Below, one piece after another: positions 26,401 to 38,600 of a stretch of DNA of 64,000 nt (position 1 is its first letter; every line of letters starts with the position of its first letter). Under the pieces are notes generated by a model, which made no database searches, was not told the origin of the DNA, and saw only the letters and a program-made list of their open reading frames with translations. Made by a program: the position numbers and the translations under genes. This stretch comes from Enoplolaimus lenunculus (Eukaryota), in contig JASANG010003338.1 in NCBI GenBank assembly GCA_030248215.1, positions 186,001-250,000 of the forward strand, in the 5' to 3' direction.

Positions 26401-29400
26401 TCCCGTGAAAAAATTTGCTCACAAGAACCATAAACACACTGGAAATAAATAGATTGACGATGAAATTAGTTTCGACAAAAACGCTAATACGGTATTACCA
26501 ACTTAGAAATATATAACCAAAATTCAGCAGTATATTTTACATTTCTTTTGAAAACAGAGAATTTCACTTTGTGAGCCAACTTTTTATTTGTTTACAGCAG
26601 TTTTTTAATTAATTTAATAATTGGAAATAAATACATTACCGTTTCTCTAATATTTCGAGTAACTTAGAAAGTGTGATATGTTTCAGCTAAAATCTCTTAA
26701 TAGCAACGTTTGAAGGCTTTCTAACTGAGTGCCGTGCTTACTGGAACCTTCACACCAAGACGCCATATTATTTTAGCCATATGTATGTCGTTCCCCAAAC
26801 AGCTATTTACCTGTTATTAATATCTACTCGCACAGATACCTGAGTTTTTAATTCTTTTCTGGGCCTATGACACCCGCGTGTGGTGTCCACTTCTGTTGTC
26901 AAGTATTAATTTAATTCTGCATGAATGTGACGTTAAACAATATCAAAATGTTACTTGTCTGTCAAGTCTGCCGTTCAGTCCAATATAAAACAATATTCGA
27001 ACCCGATGTCGGTTAATATCAATAGATTGAGGTTCAACGTATTCGATTTGTTTCTTGAATTTCGCTGAAAATACCACAGTAAAATAAAACACGAGAGCAG
27101 CGATCTATGGGGTTAGTGTAAAAAAATAGAAAAATATTGTTTGCAAAATTTATGCTAACTATCAAAACTTAATTTTTCGGCCTAAACATAACTGAATATT
27201 TAATAAACCTACGGTACTGATTAATTATTTATTAGAGTATGGCGCAATCGCTGGTGACGCTATATAACTGAATAAAGTGTGTAAGTATTGTTTTTGAGCA
27301 ATACCTATAATAGGTAACGTAACAATGTGACACTGTTAAGTAATACATAATATTTGGTAAAACTTGAAATTCTTTGCTTCAAACTTCTTTTAGTGAAACT
27401 GAATCAAATCCTGGGCAATGTTAGGATTACTTTATGTATCATCGGTTTGCATATGAAACTTTTGCAAACCTTTACCTGAAATGTGTGCCAGGCAAACATT
27501 CCAGTTTCAATGTCCACACTGCAAAAAAATGGTGAGTCAAATTGACTCTCTCCGAAATAGGCATTTCCTGACTACTCAAACTGAGTCAAAATTCGACTCC
27601 GCCTGAGTCAAATTCGATTGCAGTGCAGTGGTCTCCTTGATTCCCCATGAGCAGGCCCCTATCATTAACAATCGTCATTATTTTAATATGTAGTCGACTA
27701 AAATGGGCCTACATTTAAATGATACTCTTACCTCGAATTGATACACCTGTTGCGTATACAACAGCATGAGTCGCGCTCCCGCAATATACGTCATAGTACG
27801 GATGCAAGTGAGTAGTTTTAGTATTATTAAATGGACATTTAGCTTCTGAACAGTTCGTTTGTAAGATATCACTGGTAGTCTCGTTTGCCAAATTGTCGCC
27901 GCAAACACAATTGGTGCCGTTATAAATAGCTGAAACGGTTTTGATTATGAATGGACTATCAATTAATATTCTGGTTCCGGTGGCCCTCAGAATGGCAAAT
28001 GGGTAATGATTTCCTGTCCAAAGTCGAGCATTGAGATTACAAAGCGGAAAACGTGCATAAATATATAGCTTTGAGCTCGTGTATACTACCCCAACTCCGC
28101 ATTTAAGATTATGTCCTGGGCTAGGCTTAGGTATTGGCATAGGCAAAAGTTTAGGCTCAGGCTTAAGTTTCATGCAAACGTTTGCACTCAGGCTTTTCTA
28201 AAATTTAAGCATAAGCCTGAACATTTGTTTAAGTTCATGGCCGAAGTACTACTACAGTCTAGCTTTGTTTTAAGTACAGAAACATGATGTTTTGTATTGT
28301 TTCAAGATCATCGCTTTTAAACCAAACCAAACAATCTGCGTTTTGAATGTTCTGAACAAAATCGGTCCATGTAAAAATCAGTGGCGGAACGTGTTTATGT
28401 TTGACTAGAAAAGAGTAAGCTTAAGCTTTAGACTAATTTTTTGCTTAGATTAGGCTTATTCTTTAGGCTTAGGCTTAGGAATATGCTCGTTTTACGCTTA
28501 GGTTTAGGCTTAGGCTTAGGAATATGCTTATAATACTGCCCCGCCCATGTTCTGTACATAGGCCACAATATCGAATGCTATATATAATTAAACTAAAGCA
28601 GACTGTGTCCCTGAAGGATAACTATTAATAGTTGGTACCCATCAATTTAACAAAACCAAAATTTAAAGAAATTAACCGTGTTTCAGCCATTTCTATTAAA
28701 TTGCACCGGTATCTCTTGCACTTGATATTTTTAAATAAGCAACTGTAACGGTTTCGTACCAGCGTACAGAGCGGAAATATGAAAACAAGCACGAACGCAT
28801 ATTTCCGTTCCAAACGACGGGCTTAACGCATACACTTTTTTGTCATTCCATTGTTTCGTTGAATTAAACCAGTAACATCCTACATGTTCTCCATGCGCCG
28901 TTAAATCTGCAATATTAATATTGATTTTAAGCAACAATTTTAACCTCATTCACACGGGCAATGATTTTAAGCGGAGAAGTTGTTATTTAGCAATCAACCA
29001 TATTTGCAACCGTTAAACGTAACCTTGAAACAATTACCAACCGTCAATTAAGCCTAGAAACAATGCAGAGGAGTGGTATCCGCAGAAAATTGTTTTTTGG
29101 GGAGGGGGGCATCGAATAATCTTGGGGTTCCCGTACAATTGCATATCAAGATTGTTTATTTTTCGACCGAGTCTATTCGATGGGCACCAGCGAAGTTTGG
29201 GGGGGTCATGGCCCTCAAATGCTCCTTTGGGGACGCCTTTGAAACAATGAGTGAAAAATAGGTGGTTAGAAAAGAAAATTTTTGCGGCAAATGAATTGAA
29301 GTTTCTTTTAACTGTAGCAATGCCAAACGGATTAGCATGCTTAACTAGTCTATGTAGCCAAAAATGTATCACGTTCAAACTATTTTTGAGATTCCTAGAA

Positions 29401-31644
29401 AAATTGTACCCACCGATTAGCATAAAGACGCAAGGGAATGTAGGTGTAGCAACAAAGATCACGGTGGACACGTTCCTCCACTTTTCAAAACTGAGGGATT
29501 GTCCCCACAATTTTTGAGACGGGATGTGGCCCTATTATAAATTATGTTAAGTAAGTAGTTGTCGCGACATTTAATGTCTTCTAACTCTAAAATAAACGTC
29601 TGGCTTCTAGCTCGCTTCACTCGCAAGGTTTTACCTTAGTTTAGTTAAAAGTTTACAAGTGTGAAGATCAAGGAATGAAGTTAACCTTTTCTCACATGAA
29701 TATCTTCTATATCATATGAAATGTAATTTCAAAGTAAGATTCGATCCTCAGTCTCACGGGAGGGAGACGTTTACGATGACCACTGAGCTATAGCAGCTTG
29801 CGCACGAGCCCGATAGTGCTCTCACGTATGATGGAGATTTCGCACTGTTCATATATATGTTACAATTATTAAACACTGCTCACAGTGTGTTTATTGCTCG
29901 TATATTATTTGAATTTAGTTGCTCATAGAATACTATATAAATGAAAGTGGTTAGGTCAACTCCTTAATTGGGACCAACAGATAACAAAAATACTGCGCAT
30001 AAATTTTAAGAATTGTTTTGCACTGCTCACAGTGTTTGTATTGCTCTTATATTATTTGTATTTAGTTGCTCATAGTATACTGTATAAATGAAAGTGTTAA
30101 GGTCAAATCCTTAAATGGGACCAAAGATAAATATAGTACGAGATTTAGCACTTTTCCTTATGAATATTTTTAGTACACATTCACCATATTACGAACATGA
30201 GCCTTTTCCAAAAACTAATATTATTGGGTGAAGATTTTTTACTCGCGGTGCGCTTTACCCGCGGAAATTTTATTTCTCACCTGCGGCTGTTCGTTACCCG
30301 TTACCCGCTTTTACCCGCGCTAAATTTCGTTACCGTTACCCGCCTTTACCCGCCCTTACCTATTTCTTCGTCGTTCAATACAATTGTGCAATTTTACAGT
30401 ACATACTCGGAGGGAGGCTTGAGGGATTCGGTCAACTTATCTCCGATTCATCACCGAGAAAAACCTGGCTACAAAACTGAAGAGGCAATTCTTATACGAA
30501 ACGTTTTGTTCAATTTATGCTGTCCCCCCACTGTTGAAACCGTTCCACCGCCACTGATAAAAATATTAAATATTTGATTTGCTATGAATGAATCTTTCAA
30601 ACTCACTATGATGCGGGCATTGAGTTATCAGATTCCTGTTGTTGTACGGAATGTCTCTGTTTGTTGCAAGCTTACATGCAACATCGCGTATTTTATTTTT
30701 GCATTGAACAGTGGCTGCGCGAGATATAGCGCTTTGAGCGTCAGTATTTGGCAAGCCGCAACGGTTTTCAAATTTAGCTGTAGTAGAAGTAGTAGTAGGA
30801 GTGTCTGAGCGTCCCGTGGAAGCGTCAATCATGCTTCCCTCATAAGAGTATCGCCCTTCTGTTGTAGTTTCCTCCTGTGGTTTGGTTTGATGATAGAATA
30901 GTAATGGTGGGCTTCTCTATAATTAATGCTGGCTAATAAAACCTACATAAGCAATTTTGCACATTTCAAGAATTACAATTAGAACGTGTATTTGGAAATA
31001 ATTCTAAAGAAAGCTTGTTTTCGGTTTAATTTCATTTCAACGACCGCCGTGTTTCGGGTTGTTTGCTTATTGACCATCAGGCTGAATAATCTAGAGTTTG
31101 ATTGCTAGAATGCTTGTCCGTTAGCCTGTTGTGTTTGCAAATCCTAGCAGGAAACTCAAATTTCTAACGCAAATACGCGATAGCTATGCACCTGTCGTTT
31201 ACCTATATTCATGCTGCAAAAACAGCGATTGTCATGCATGCGAAAATTGTGCACTTTATGCAAGTTATTGAACTGAGCATTATAAAACAAGAGTGCTGTT
31301 GTTGTTAAGCTGACGTATTAGCGTGTAACATTACTTTGAGTAATGAATCAAATTCTGTATCGAAATTTATGGGTCCGGGAAGCATTTACGTAATCTATTG
31401 ATGCATATGGGCTAATTAGTAATTTTGAGCTGTACATAACCAAATACGAATTCTACTTAGGGTAGCAGGCCCTCATTGAATCAGACTGCCACTGCAGAGC
31501 CTGGCCCTTATTACATTCCCCTCTTATCCGGGTCACTGCGATAACAAAACTTACTAACGAAAAACCAATGTAGTAGATATAGAGTATTGTCTGACCGATA
31601 ATCACACAATTTAGTATGTAGAACCATTTTCGCAACGAAATCAT
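17481..31644 (-). CDS. XYLT: Protein O-xylosyltransferase (GT14; oxt/sqv-6 type with WSC domain), ~15-16 exons
   Basis: Phase-consistent exons: 31644-31555 (signal anchor), 30916-30607 (DAQSAISRAATVQCKNKIRDVAC), 28906-28760 and 27929-27732 (WSC: VGCY...CVRAC...YAAIYNGTNCVCG...CGS), 27064-26955 (VRILFYIGLNGR), 26048-25986 (HYYYLRVDK), 25620-25439 (VIWGS...WNWDYFLNYS), 24461-24340 (ETDMPL), 23427-23290 (FVECD...DGGSDWFLL), an unresolved segment in 23289-21869, 21868-21570 (VDWCGCSP...ARKFDP), 20803-20613, 20225-20092, 19420-19258, 18537-18328 (GVWVV...RFLALP), and 17710-17481 (WSSLAPDPKS, the conserved XYLT C-terminus). Confidence 0.92.
21253..21465 (-). mobile_element. TTAGGC-containing MITE family copy
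   Basis: ggccaatgtatagaacagg...gcctaa repeats...gcttaagcttact...ttccgccttgatc. Homologous to copies at ~28366-28565, ~33121-33274, ~36052-36165, ~52161-52265 and ~63213-63391. Confidence 0.7.
22910..23207. mobile_element. GC-rich MITE (TIR tagggttgcgct...agcacaaccc) in a XYLT intron
   Basis: Terminal inverted repeats and internal gacgg/ccgtc/cgtacg repeats. Homologous copies at 56669-56930 and 41722-41874, with fragments near 36170-36240 and 52930-53003. Confidence 0.8.
24637..24650 (+). repeat. Poly-G tract (14 G), G-quadruplex-prone
   Basis: Uninterrupted G run in a XYLT intron. Confidence 0.8.
25039..25367. mobile_element. Foldback/MITE with ~100-bp near-perfect inverted arms
   Basis: caagagtggatgatcactctttataacaagagtg...acgcgttgcgtttttggcctacc pairs with ggtaggccaaaaacgcaacgcgt...cactcttgttataaagggtgatcatccactcttg. 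TA lies just outside both ends. Confidence 0.85.
27516..27626. mobile_element. Short MITE (cactgcaa...ttgcagtg) with tgagtcaaa repeats
   Basis: TIR cactgcaa/ttgcagtg. The 5' ~65 bp recurs at ~52357-52425. Confidence 0.65.
28366..28565 (+). mobile_element. TTAGGC-containing MITE family copy
   Basis: ggtccatgtaaaaatcagtggcggaacg...gtaagcttaagc...(ttaggc)n...ctgtacataggcc, with imperfect TIRs. Confidence 0.75.
29735..29878 (-). repeat. Repeat with a minus-strand tRNA-like core; second copy at ~63538-63680
   Basis: Minus strand TAGCTCAGTGG...GGATCGAATC (A/B boxes). Shared flank (cgagcccga...gctctcacgt...ttaaacac) lies 5' of the tRNA-like part in both copies. Confidence 0.65.
29872..30130. repeat. 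Direct tandem duplication (~110 bp similar block, ~147 bp period)
   Basis: cactgctcacagtgt...tttagttgctcatag...ataaatgaaagtg..taggtcaa.tccttaa.tgggaccaa occurs at ~29874 and ~30021. Confidence 0.85.
30230..30400. repeat. 'tttacccgc' repeat family copy
   Basis: Tandem ttacccg motifs. Related copies at ~3935-4000, ~5310-5390, ~23560-23660, ~36580-36740 and ~36865-36930. Confidence 0.7.
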
Positions 31645-33120
31645 TTGCTTGTTTATATTCTGCTGAATTTATTTTCATTTTTATATCAACGTTTGAAATG
31701 AAGATTTTTTCATAATTTTTAAAAAAACATAATAAAGCAACCAAACATTAATTTGTAACAGCTAAAACTTATATTTGAGTGACTTTTACTGCCGGAGTTA
31801 AAATTAGTTTTACATTCAGTTATTAAATTGGACACATTCCTTACATTAGCGGATCCAGGGGCGGGGTGTGGTTTACGCCGCCCCAGTCGGAAAATTTTTG
31901 TGATAAAATTTGTAAGGCTCATCGTACAATTTTTTACTTTAAAAAATTGGTACATGTAGTAAAAATTGCGTTTGATCATTTTGACAACCAGCCCCCGTCA
32001 AGGTTTAGGCCTTGGAGTACGCCCAGACTCTGGCTGATAGCTTCAACCTTAGCCCTACACTTATAATTGGGCTTAGGTTTTGCTGTAAACTTGATATTAG
32101 GTTTAGCCTTAGGCTTAAAATAGTATTTATGTGAGGGGAAATAAACAAGTCAGCAAATGGTTTGCCTTCCCCGTGATGCGTTTGCCAAAAGTTATCGACT
32201 CAACAAAAATGATGTGGCTTGTATAAGCAAGGTACAAGGATACAAACGGATGACGACAAACAATGACACCAAAGCTGAAATCAGTGATTTTTGGTAACTA
32301 ATCTGGAAGTAAACTGTGCAAAAAAGTGAGAGTTCACGTTCTCATATTAATTAGAATTGTGTATAAAATAAATATATTGTTTTCAAAACATACCTAAAAC
32401 CAATTTTATGCGTGAAACTGGCACTCGGGCATACCTACAAGTGATCCTGATGTAGAATTTCAATTTTCATTTACGTAGCAAATATGTATAAATACAATGA
32501 AATTTCTACTCATTACAAATGTCAATTGCCATTGTCTGGTTGCTGGTTTGTATTTATTCAGTGTTCATCGAAACAGCTATTAACATGCGATACATACAAT
32601 AATTATATGGTTGGCATTACTTAAAAACAGGTTTACAACTGGAATTTTGATACTGGCTTTTACAAAAAGCTCATTGAACATTTTTAGAAAAGATATTTTC
32701 AGGTTTAGGTAAAGTCGTTCATGAACGAACTATGGTGACACTGATGATGGCGTCGGGTGATACCAAACATCCGCTTGTCAGAGAGCAGAAGAGTCGAAAA
32801 GTTTTTGTGAAAAATGGGAAGGTTCCAACTTTTCAAAGTTTCATTTTGTGTTACTTATGCAAATTTACTTAAATCAGTAAACGTTTTGCGTTGGTTGGTA
32901 CACCAATAAAATGCACCTGCGACGCTAATTAAATTGCAGCCGTAATAGCAGTGTCTAAACGTTAATTATAACAGCCTGCTTACTAAATGCTTATGCTTAA
33001 GCTTAAACCTTGGTATAAACTAAAGCCTAAGCTTGTCAGTCCATTGGCAGACTTTATAGTAAAAACATGGATAACAATATAGAAGGCTACAAATTTGAAA
33101 AATGGTTTAACTTATTTCAA

Positions 33121-33274
33121 GGCCAATGTATAGAGCAGGACCGTAACAGTGGTATTAAGCGCATATTCTTTAACGTAAGTATAAAAGCCTAAACAAAAAC
33201 GCTAGTCTAAAGCTTAAGCTTACTGTATTGCAATCCCACAGAAAAACGTTTCGCCCCTGATCTTTGCATGGTCC
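33121..33274 (-). mobile_element. TTAGGC-containing MITE family copy
   Basis: ggccaatgtatagagcagg...gcttaagcttact...aaaacgtttcgcccctgatctttgcatggtcc. Confidence 0.7.
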
Positions 33275-35661
33275 AGCTTAACTATGAAGCATTCGTTTTT
33301 AGTAACAGGGCTTAAGGTTAATGTTGTTAAATAAATGTTTAAGTAAAATGGTATCCCTTAATATCTTAACAGGTAGCATGACGTTTAAGGTAGTAATTTC
33401 AATGAATCTATTGTTTCATATATCTGACAGCGGCCGTTCTGATTCTATGCTTTTTAAAGAATGCTTACACCATTAACTTAAAATGATAGGCTTTAACGTT
33501 TAATGAATAGATATAACTGGCTAAGCGTTTTTATGTTAAGAGAATGGTTGGTTGTATCTGTCAGGTCACAAAGACAGTACGTCTCATGTTTAGTCAAATT
33601 TAAATTTTAAATTTAAAGTAAAAACACCAAGAAACCCATCATACAGACAATCCACGATAAAACAACAATTATCAACTACTAAACATGGTGATAACATTCA
33701 CAGCTCAGTAGGTATAACACTTTGAAAGCCGTGTTGTTTTGCAGAGTATATATGTCTGGTACAAAATCGCAACCAAATGTAATATGTTCGTTGTTATGTG
33801 AAAAACTTACAAACAAATAAACTTTAGAATAGGCAGATTGTTATTCTTGAAACTATCTTTAGTAAATCACAGGAAATAGAAAAACGTGCTTTACAACCGA
33901 CCACATGGAAAATAGATGTTCGTGACTTAGTAATCAATAGCGTATACCTACAACCAAGAAGAATGGTTTGCACGCTAACTAACAATAGCGATACAACGTC
34001 AACGGCGAAAATTAACCAATTATAGCAGTGGCATTTGTACACTACTTAAACGATTAAGGCTTAGGTTTAGGAGCACTCTTAAACTTTAATAAACAGAGGC
34101 TATAGCAAGAGCTCAGGAATGCTACACCCTTTTCTATAAGCCTAAGCATAAACGCACGCCTAAACGCTTACGTGACAAGTGCACACACGCGTGTGCAGCT
34201 TTAAAAAGAAATCTGAATGTACCCTTAAGCACACTGTCTAATTCCTGTTGCTCAACTAAAAACCAAAACACATCTAAAAACAATCGTGTTAACAAACTTT
34301 AACCATATTTGCCTGAAAAACCTGACGGAAACAAAACAGTTTAGAAATGTTTATAACATATTTACGGTACATGTGATAAATGCTAGACAGCTCTGTGGTT
34401 CTAACATTTTAAACCTGTGCCAGTATTCTCGAATGTGTGTAGCACCTATTGTCAGTTGATGATAAATATTGTAACTTTTAAACTTGTAAATCATTTGCTT
34501 CAAAATACAGTAAATGGTTTTAACTACGACTGTTCCAGTTCGCATGCTTGAGGACTTCATGTAGGACTTTAAACTGGAGGTGGAACACAAAGCTAACGTT
34601 GCTGATATGAAATTTAGCATTTTGATATTTTAGCACTATGCGCAAAACTGCAACTATTACCTAAAACCTTAAACTTAAAACTAAACTTAAATATTAGTTT
34701 AAGTGAAACTAAAATGGCTGGACGGACTAAGTAAAATAGAATTGTAACTTTAACATAGAATAACATATTTTTAAGTTTGACACGAGTTGAAATTAAATTA
34801 TTCTTAGATTCGGTAACAAATGCAGCCCACAAATGTAATATATGTGTATCTAAAAATTCATTGCATTTAGCTGAAACGAAAAATACATGATTTTAAATGA
34901 GTTTAATCGAAAACCTACATCTTAGTTTAATTAATCTAGAAAGTTAGTTTATTACGCTGCTGGATTAGCTTAAACTTAAAGAAAATTACTTTATGAATTG
35001 AATCCATATTTTGTTTAGGTGCAATGCTCACAATCGCGTGTACTGTTGGCATAATTTGATGTTTCCAGGATTCCATAATCAAGACCTTTGCTGCTACTAT
35101 TATTGTGGTTATTTAGGTTTTTGGAGTTTTAAGTCATAGATAATTAATGTTAACCTCCAAACGATTTTATGCCTCTGACTTGGCAACAGTAGATACAGAT
35201 ATGTGAAAGATAGCAAAGGGTTGCGCGATATTCGTCGCACTTCGGTGTCGGCTGGCGGATGCATGTAAAAATCCTCCCCTGTAAATTGGGTTACAGTGCC
35301 GTCTACGATGCTCCGTGGTGACGGACAGCAATGGACGGAATCAAACGGCACCGGAAAGCGTCATAATAGTTAAAAAGAGAAGAATAATGCCATTATATTA
35401 ATTGATTAGTTTGTAATATACATAGGCATGACGTAGTTGGTTTTGTTACTCAGGATCAAAACCTCATCCATATATTTGGTACCGGACAGACAGTGCCAAA
35501 ACACCTAAGGTGGCCCTCCAGGGTGGGATCCGTTGTCACGATATAAATATTTTTCAATTTTTTTCTTTAAAATCTTGTTAGGGCGCTGGCCCTCTTCGGG
35601 GTGCCTCGCCGACTAAGGGGTATGGAGGGTAGCTGCTCCGGCCCTGACCATAGACATGATT

Positions 35662-38600
35662 TTATCTTAAAGTTAACATAAAACTGGCAAATATCACAAA
35701 AAGTAACAGAGAAACGTCAAAATTGACAACAGTTCGACAACCAGCGCTGCTAACAGATCGCCAAAAATCTTCGAATGATTGTGTAGTTCGATGATAAGCT
35801 GGAGTTGTGAATTTTTGTTCGTAACGGCCACGTACGCTATTTTGATTATTATTACTTGACGGTTCTACTTCAGGTTTGCCTGATTGAGAATCGATAGAAG
35901 GACGACGAATGTTTTCATCATAGCGCTCGAGTGTATTTTGGTGTTCATTTCTGTCAACATCGGTGATGACACGTGGTTCGAAACCTAATGCTACCTGAAA
36001 CGAATTTTCACTTTAATCGAAGTGAAATTGGTTGTTACGTTTTTCGACTGATGTAAAGATCAGGGGCGGAACGTTTTTCGGTGGGACCACAATAATGTAA
36101 GCTTAAGTTTTAGAGTATTTTTGCTTAAACGTTTGCGTAGGCTTAGGTATGCTTATGCGAATTAATACTCTCGTACGATGCCATAGGGGCCGAACGGTGA
36201 CGCACGGCACCGGACGAAGATGAACGACGCGGCACAGTGCTGTAAAAATATAGTCAGCACTACAATGTTCTTCCAGATCCATGAGGTCATAAAGTTTTGT
36301 TTTGCATCAAACTTTATACCATTCCAAAGTCAAGTATTGGCTCGAAAAATAAGGTTTTTGACTTCTTGGCAGAAACATTGTATAAGCCAGTGGATGTTTC
36401 GTACTCAAGACTTGTGAAAAAGTTGGGGTATCATGTAAAATGCGAACATGATGTTTGAATGGGAAAACATTCAGGGTAAAAGAATCAACTCCTGTATACT
36501 AAGGATCACGTAAAGCTAAGCCTAAGCTCAAACTTTTAGCGAAGCATTTACCTAAGCCTAACGGTGATCCTAAGCCATTTTACCCGCACTGCCATTTACC
36601 CATGGAAATTTTATTTTTCACCCTCGGGTATGCCTGTGCTAAATGTCTTTACCCGTTACCCGCCTTTACCCGCGTAAAATTCTTTTACGTTACCCGCCTT
36701 TACCCGCCATTATTTTTTTCTTCTGCGTTCAATACAACTATGTACTATTCACTGCATTCTACTTATTTTTCACTCATACGGTAAAAACAGCTAAACAATG
36801 CAAGTTTTTTCTACGTTATCTGGTTTCAAATTGTTTATGAAAGTTATATCTTGGTAATGAATCGCAGATTTTTACCTGCGCTTTGAAATTCTTGAACCAG
36901 CGGGTATACCTGCGTCAAAATTTTCTTACACGTGCGAGTACCCGCGAGTAGCATGCAGCTCTGTGTTAATCGTTGATACCTGTTGGTCAAACAGCGGAGC
37001 TTGATTACAGTTATCTGTCTTGCAAACACAGTACTGAACATAACCATCCCAGGCATCGCCACATCCGTCATGAACTACTGAAGTGCCAGGATATTGCCGT
37101 TCATGATCGTGTTCCGATATACATCGTTTCTCCATTGAATATTTACCTTAAAATATTAACCAAAACTGTTTCTAAAAATACGACAATCAGTTTAATCATT
37201 AATGCAGCGTTCTGAGTAACATTTTCCTGCCGGGTACCAAAAACGACATATATAGTAGGGCTAACGAGTGGCAGTTTTCATAAGTGCAGCTGGTTTAGTC
37301 GTTGATAGATCTCATACAGGTGTATGCAAATGCCTCTCGTTGTTAACCATGAAAATGAAACAAAGCCTAAGTGATTAGTGTAGCGTAAGATCTGAAGAAA
37401 TGTAATAATGCATTTTAGCTGAAATAGAATCATACTGATTTGAACTGTTGAGCAGTACTACTTTTAAGGCGTTCGCCTCCGCATATTGCTTGGTATATTT
37501 CTTGGCCTAAAGCCTAAGTGTAAGCATGTGGCCGCAATATTAACAACAGAAACAAACACCTTAAAACAATATCGCGCACCAAGTTTACGTATCGCTTCGA
37601 AATAGTGGATCTCATTTATGTATACAGTACATTATAGGCACAAAACTTAGCAGTGACATACATATCGTTGGTTTTCCAGCTTTAATAATATTACTTAGCT
37701 AACCGTTTGGATGTTTAGTCAACCTTGACAAACAGTAAATGGTCGTATTAGTCGGATAGTGTCCGCTGCAGTCGGAATCAAACTGTGCCGAACAGTCGGT
37801 TGCATAGAGCAAATCGGTTTCTGTACATTGCTTGCAATAATTTGAGCCCTAAATCACAATGCCTTCAACGTACGCAAGCTAAATCCAACAGTGTTCAAGA
37901 ATATTTTCAAGAAATTCTCATTGAGTTCAAGTTGAATTGAACGTTTACATTTTTAATTTGTAGATTGAGCAATTAGTTTGAACTCGCGAACCACCCATTG
38001 CCAGTTGGCGATAATACTTAAATAGTCAGCTTGTCAAAACAAATAAACAAATTGCAAAAATGCTATACTTGGATACGCAACTGACATATGTTTGAGGGAC
38101 TAAAATTCAAGTTGTTCTCTATGCCTAAGCCAAAGCCATGATTATGCTAAAACTGAAAATATCGAAAACTGACTGATAGTGTACAAAAGCTAAAGTAAAA
38201 TCTACCTTCACAGTACGAAATACTTTTAAATATTTTTCTCCAGTGTACCTTCAGGATCCTAAGCTATTAATTTGACTTTAGCTCGAGCCTTACAAGCTAA
38301 AAAAACTATTCATCTCAAAACTTGTGTCACCTTTAAATCTTTCTGTGCCCCAGTGGACATATAACTTGTTGACGTTTTAGGTGTAAGATCCACTGAAATT
38401 GGCTGGGGTTCGTCCAGTTGAACACTTGGATACGATTTAATTTGAGCATCAATTGTGATTTGGTTGCAGCTTGATTCAGAGCATACACAGAATCGGGTTC
38501 GGCCGTCTGCGGTCATGAAACACCGCTCTTTTGAGCGGTTATTAAGTAAAGTAAGTACTTGAGCACCGTATATGCTTGCAAGCGCCGCATCAGAAGAACA

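Noticed and set aside
29034..29517. 158-aa and overlapping ORFs
   Set aside because: They lie in a XYLT intron, are made of repeat-like sequence, have no motifs and no place in the exon chain.
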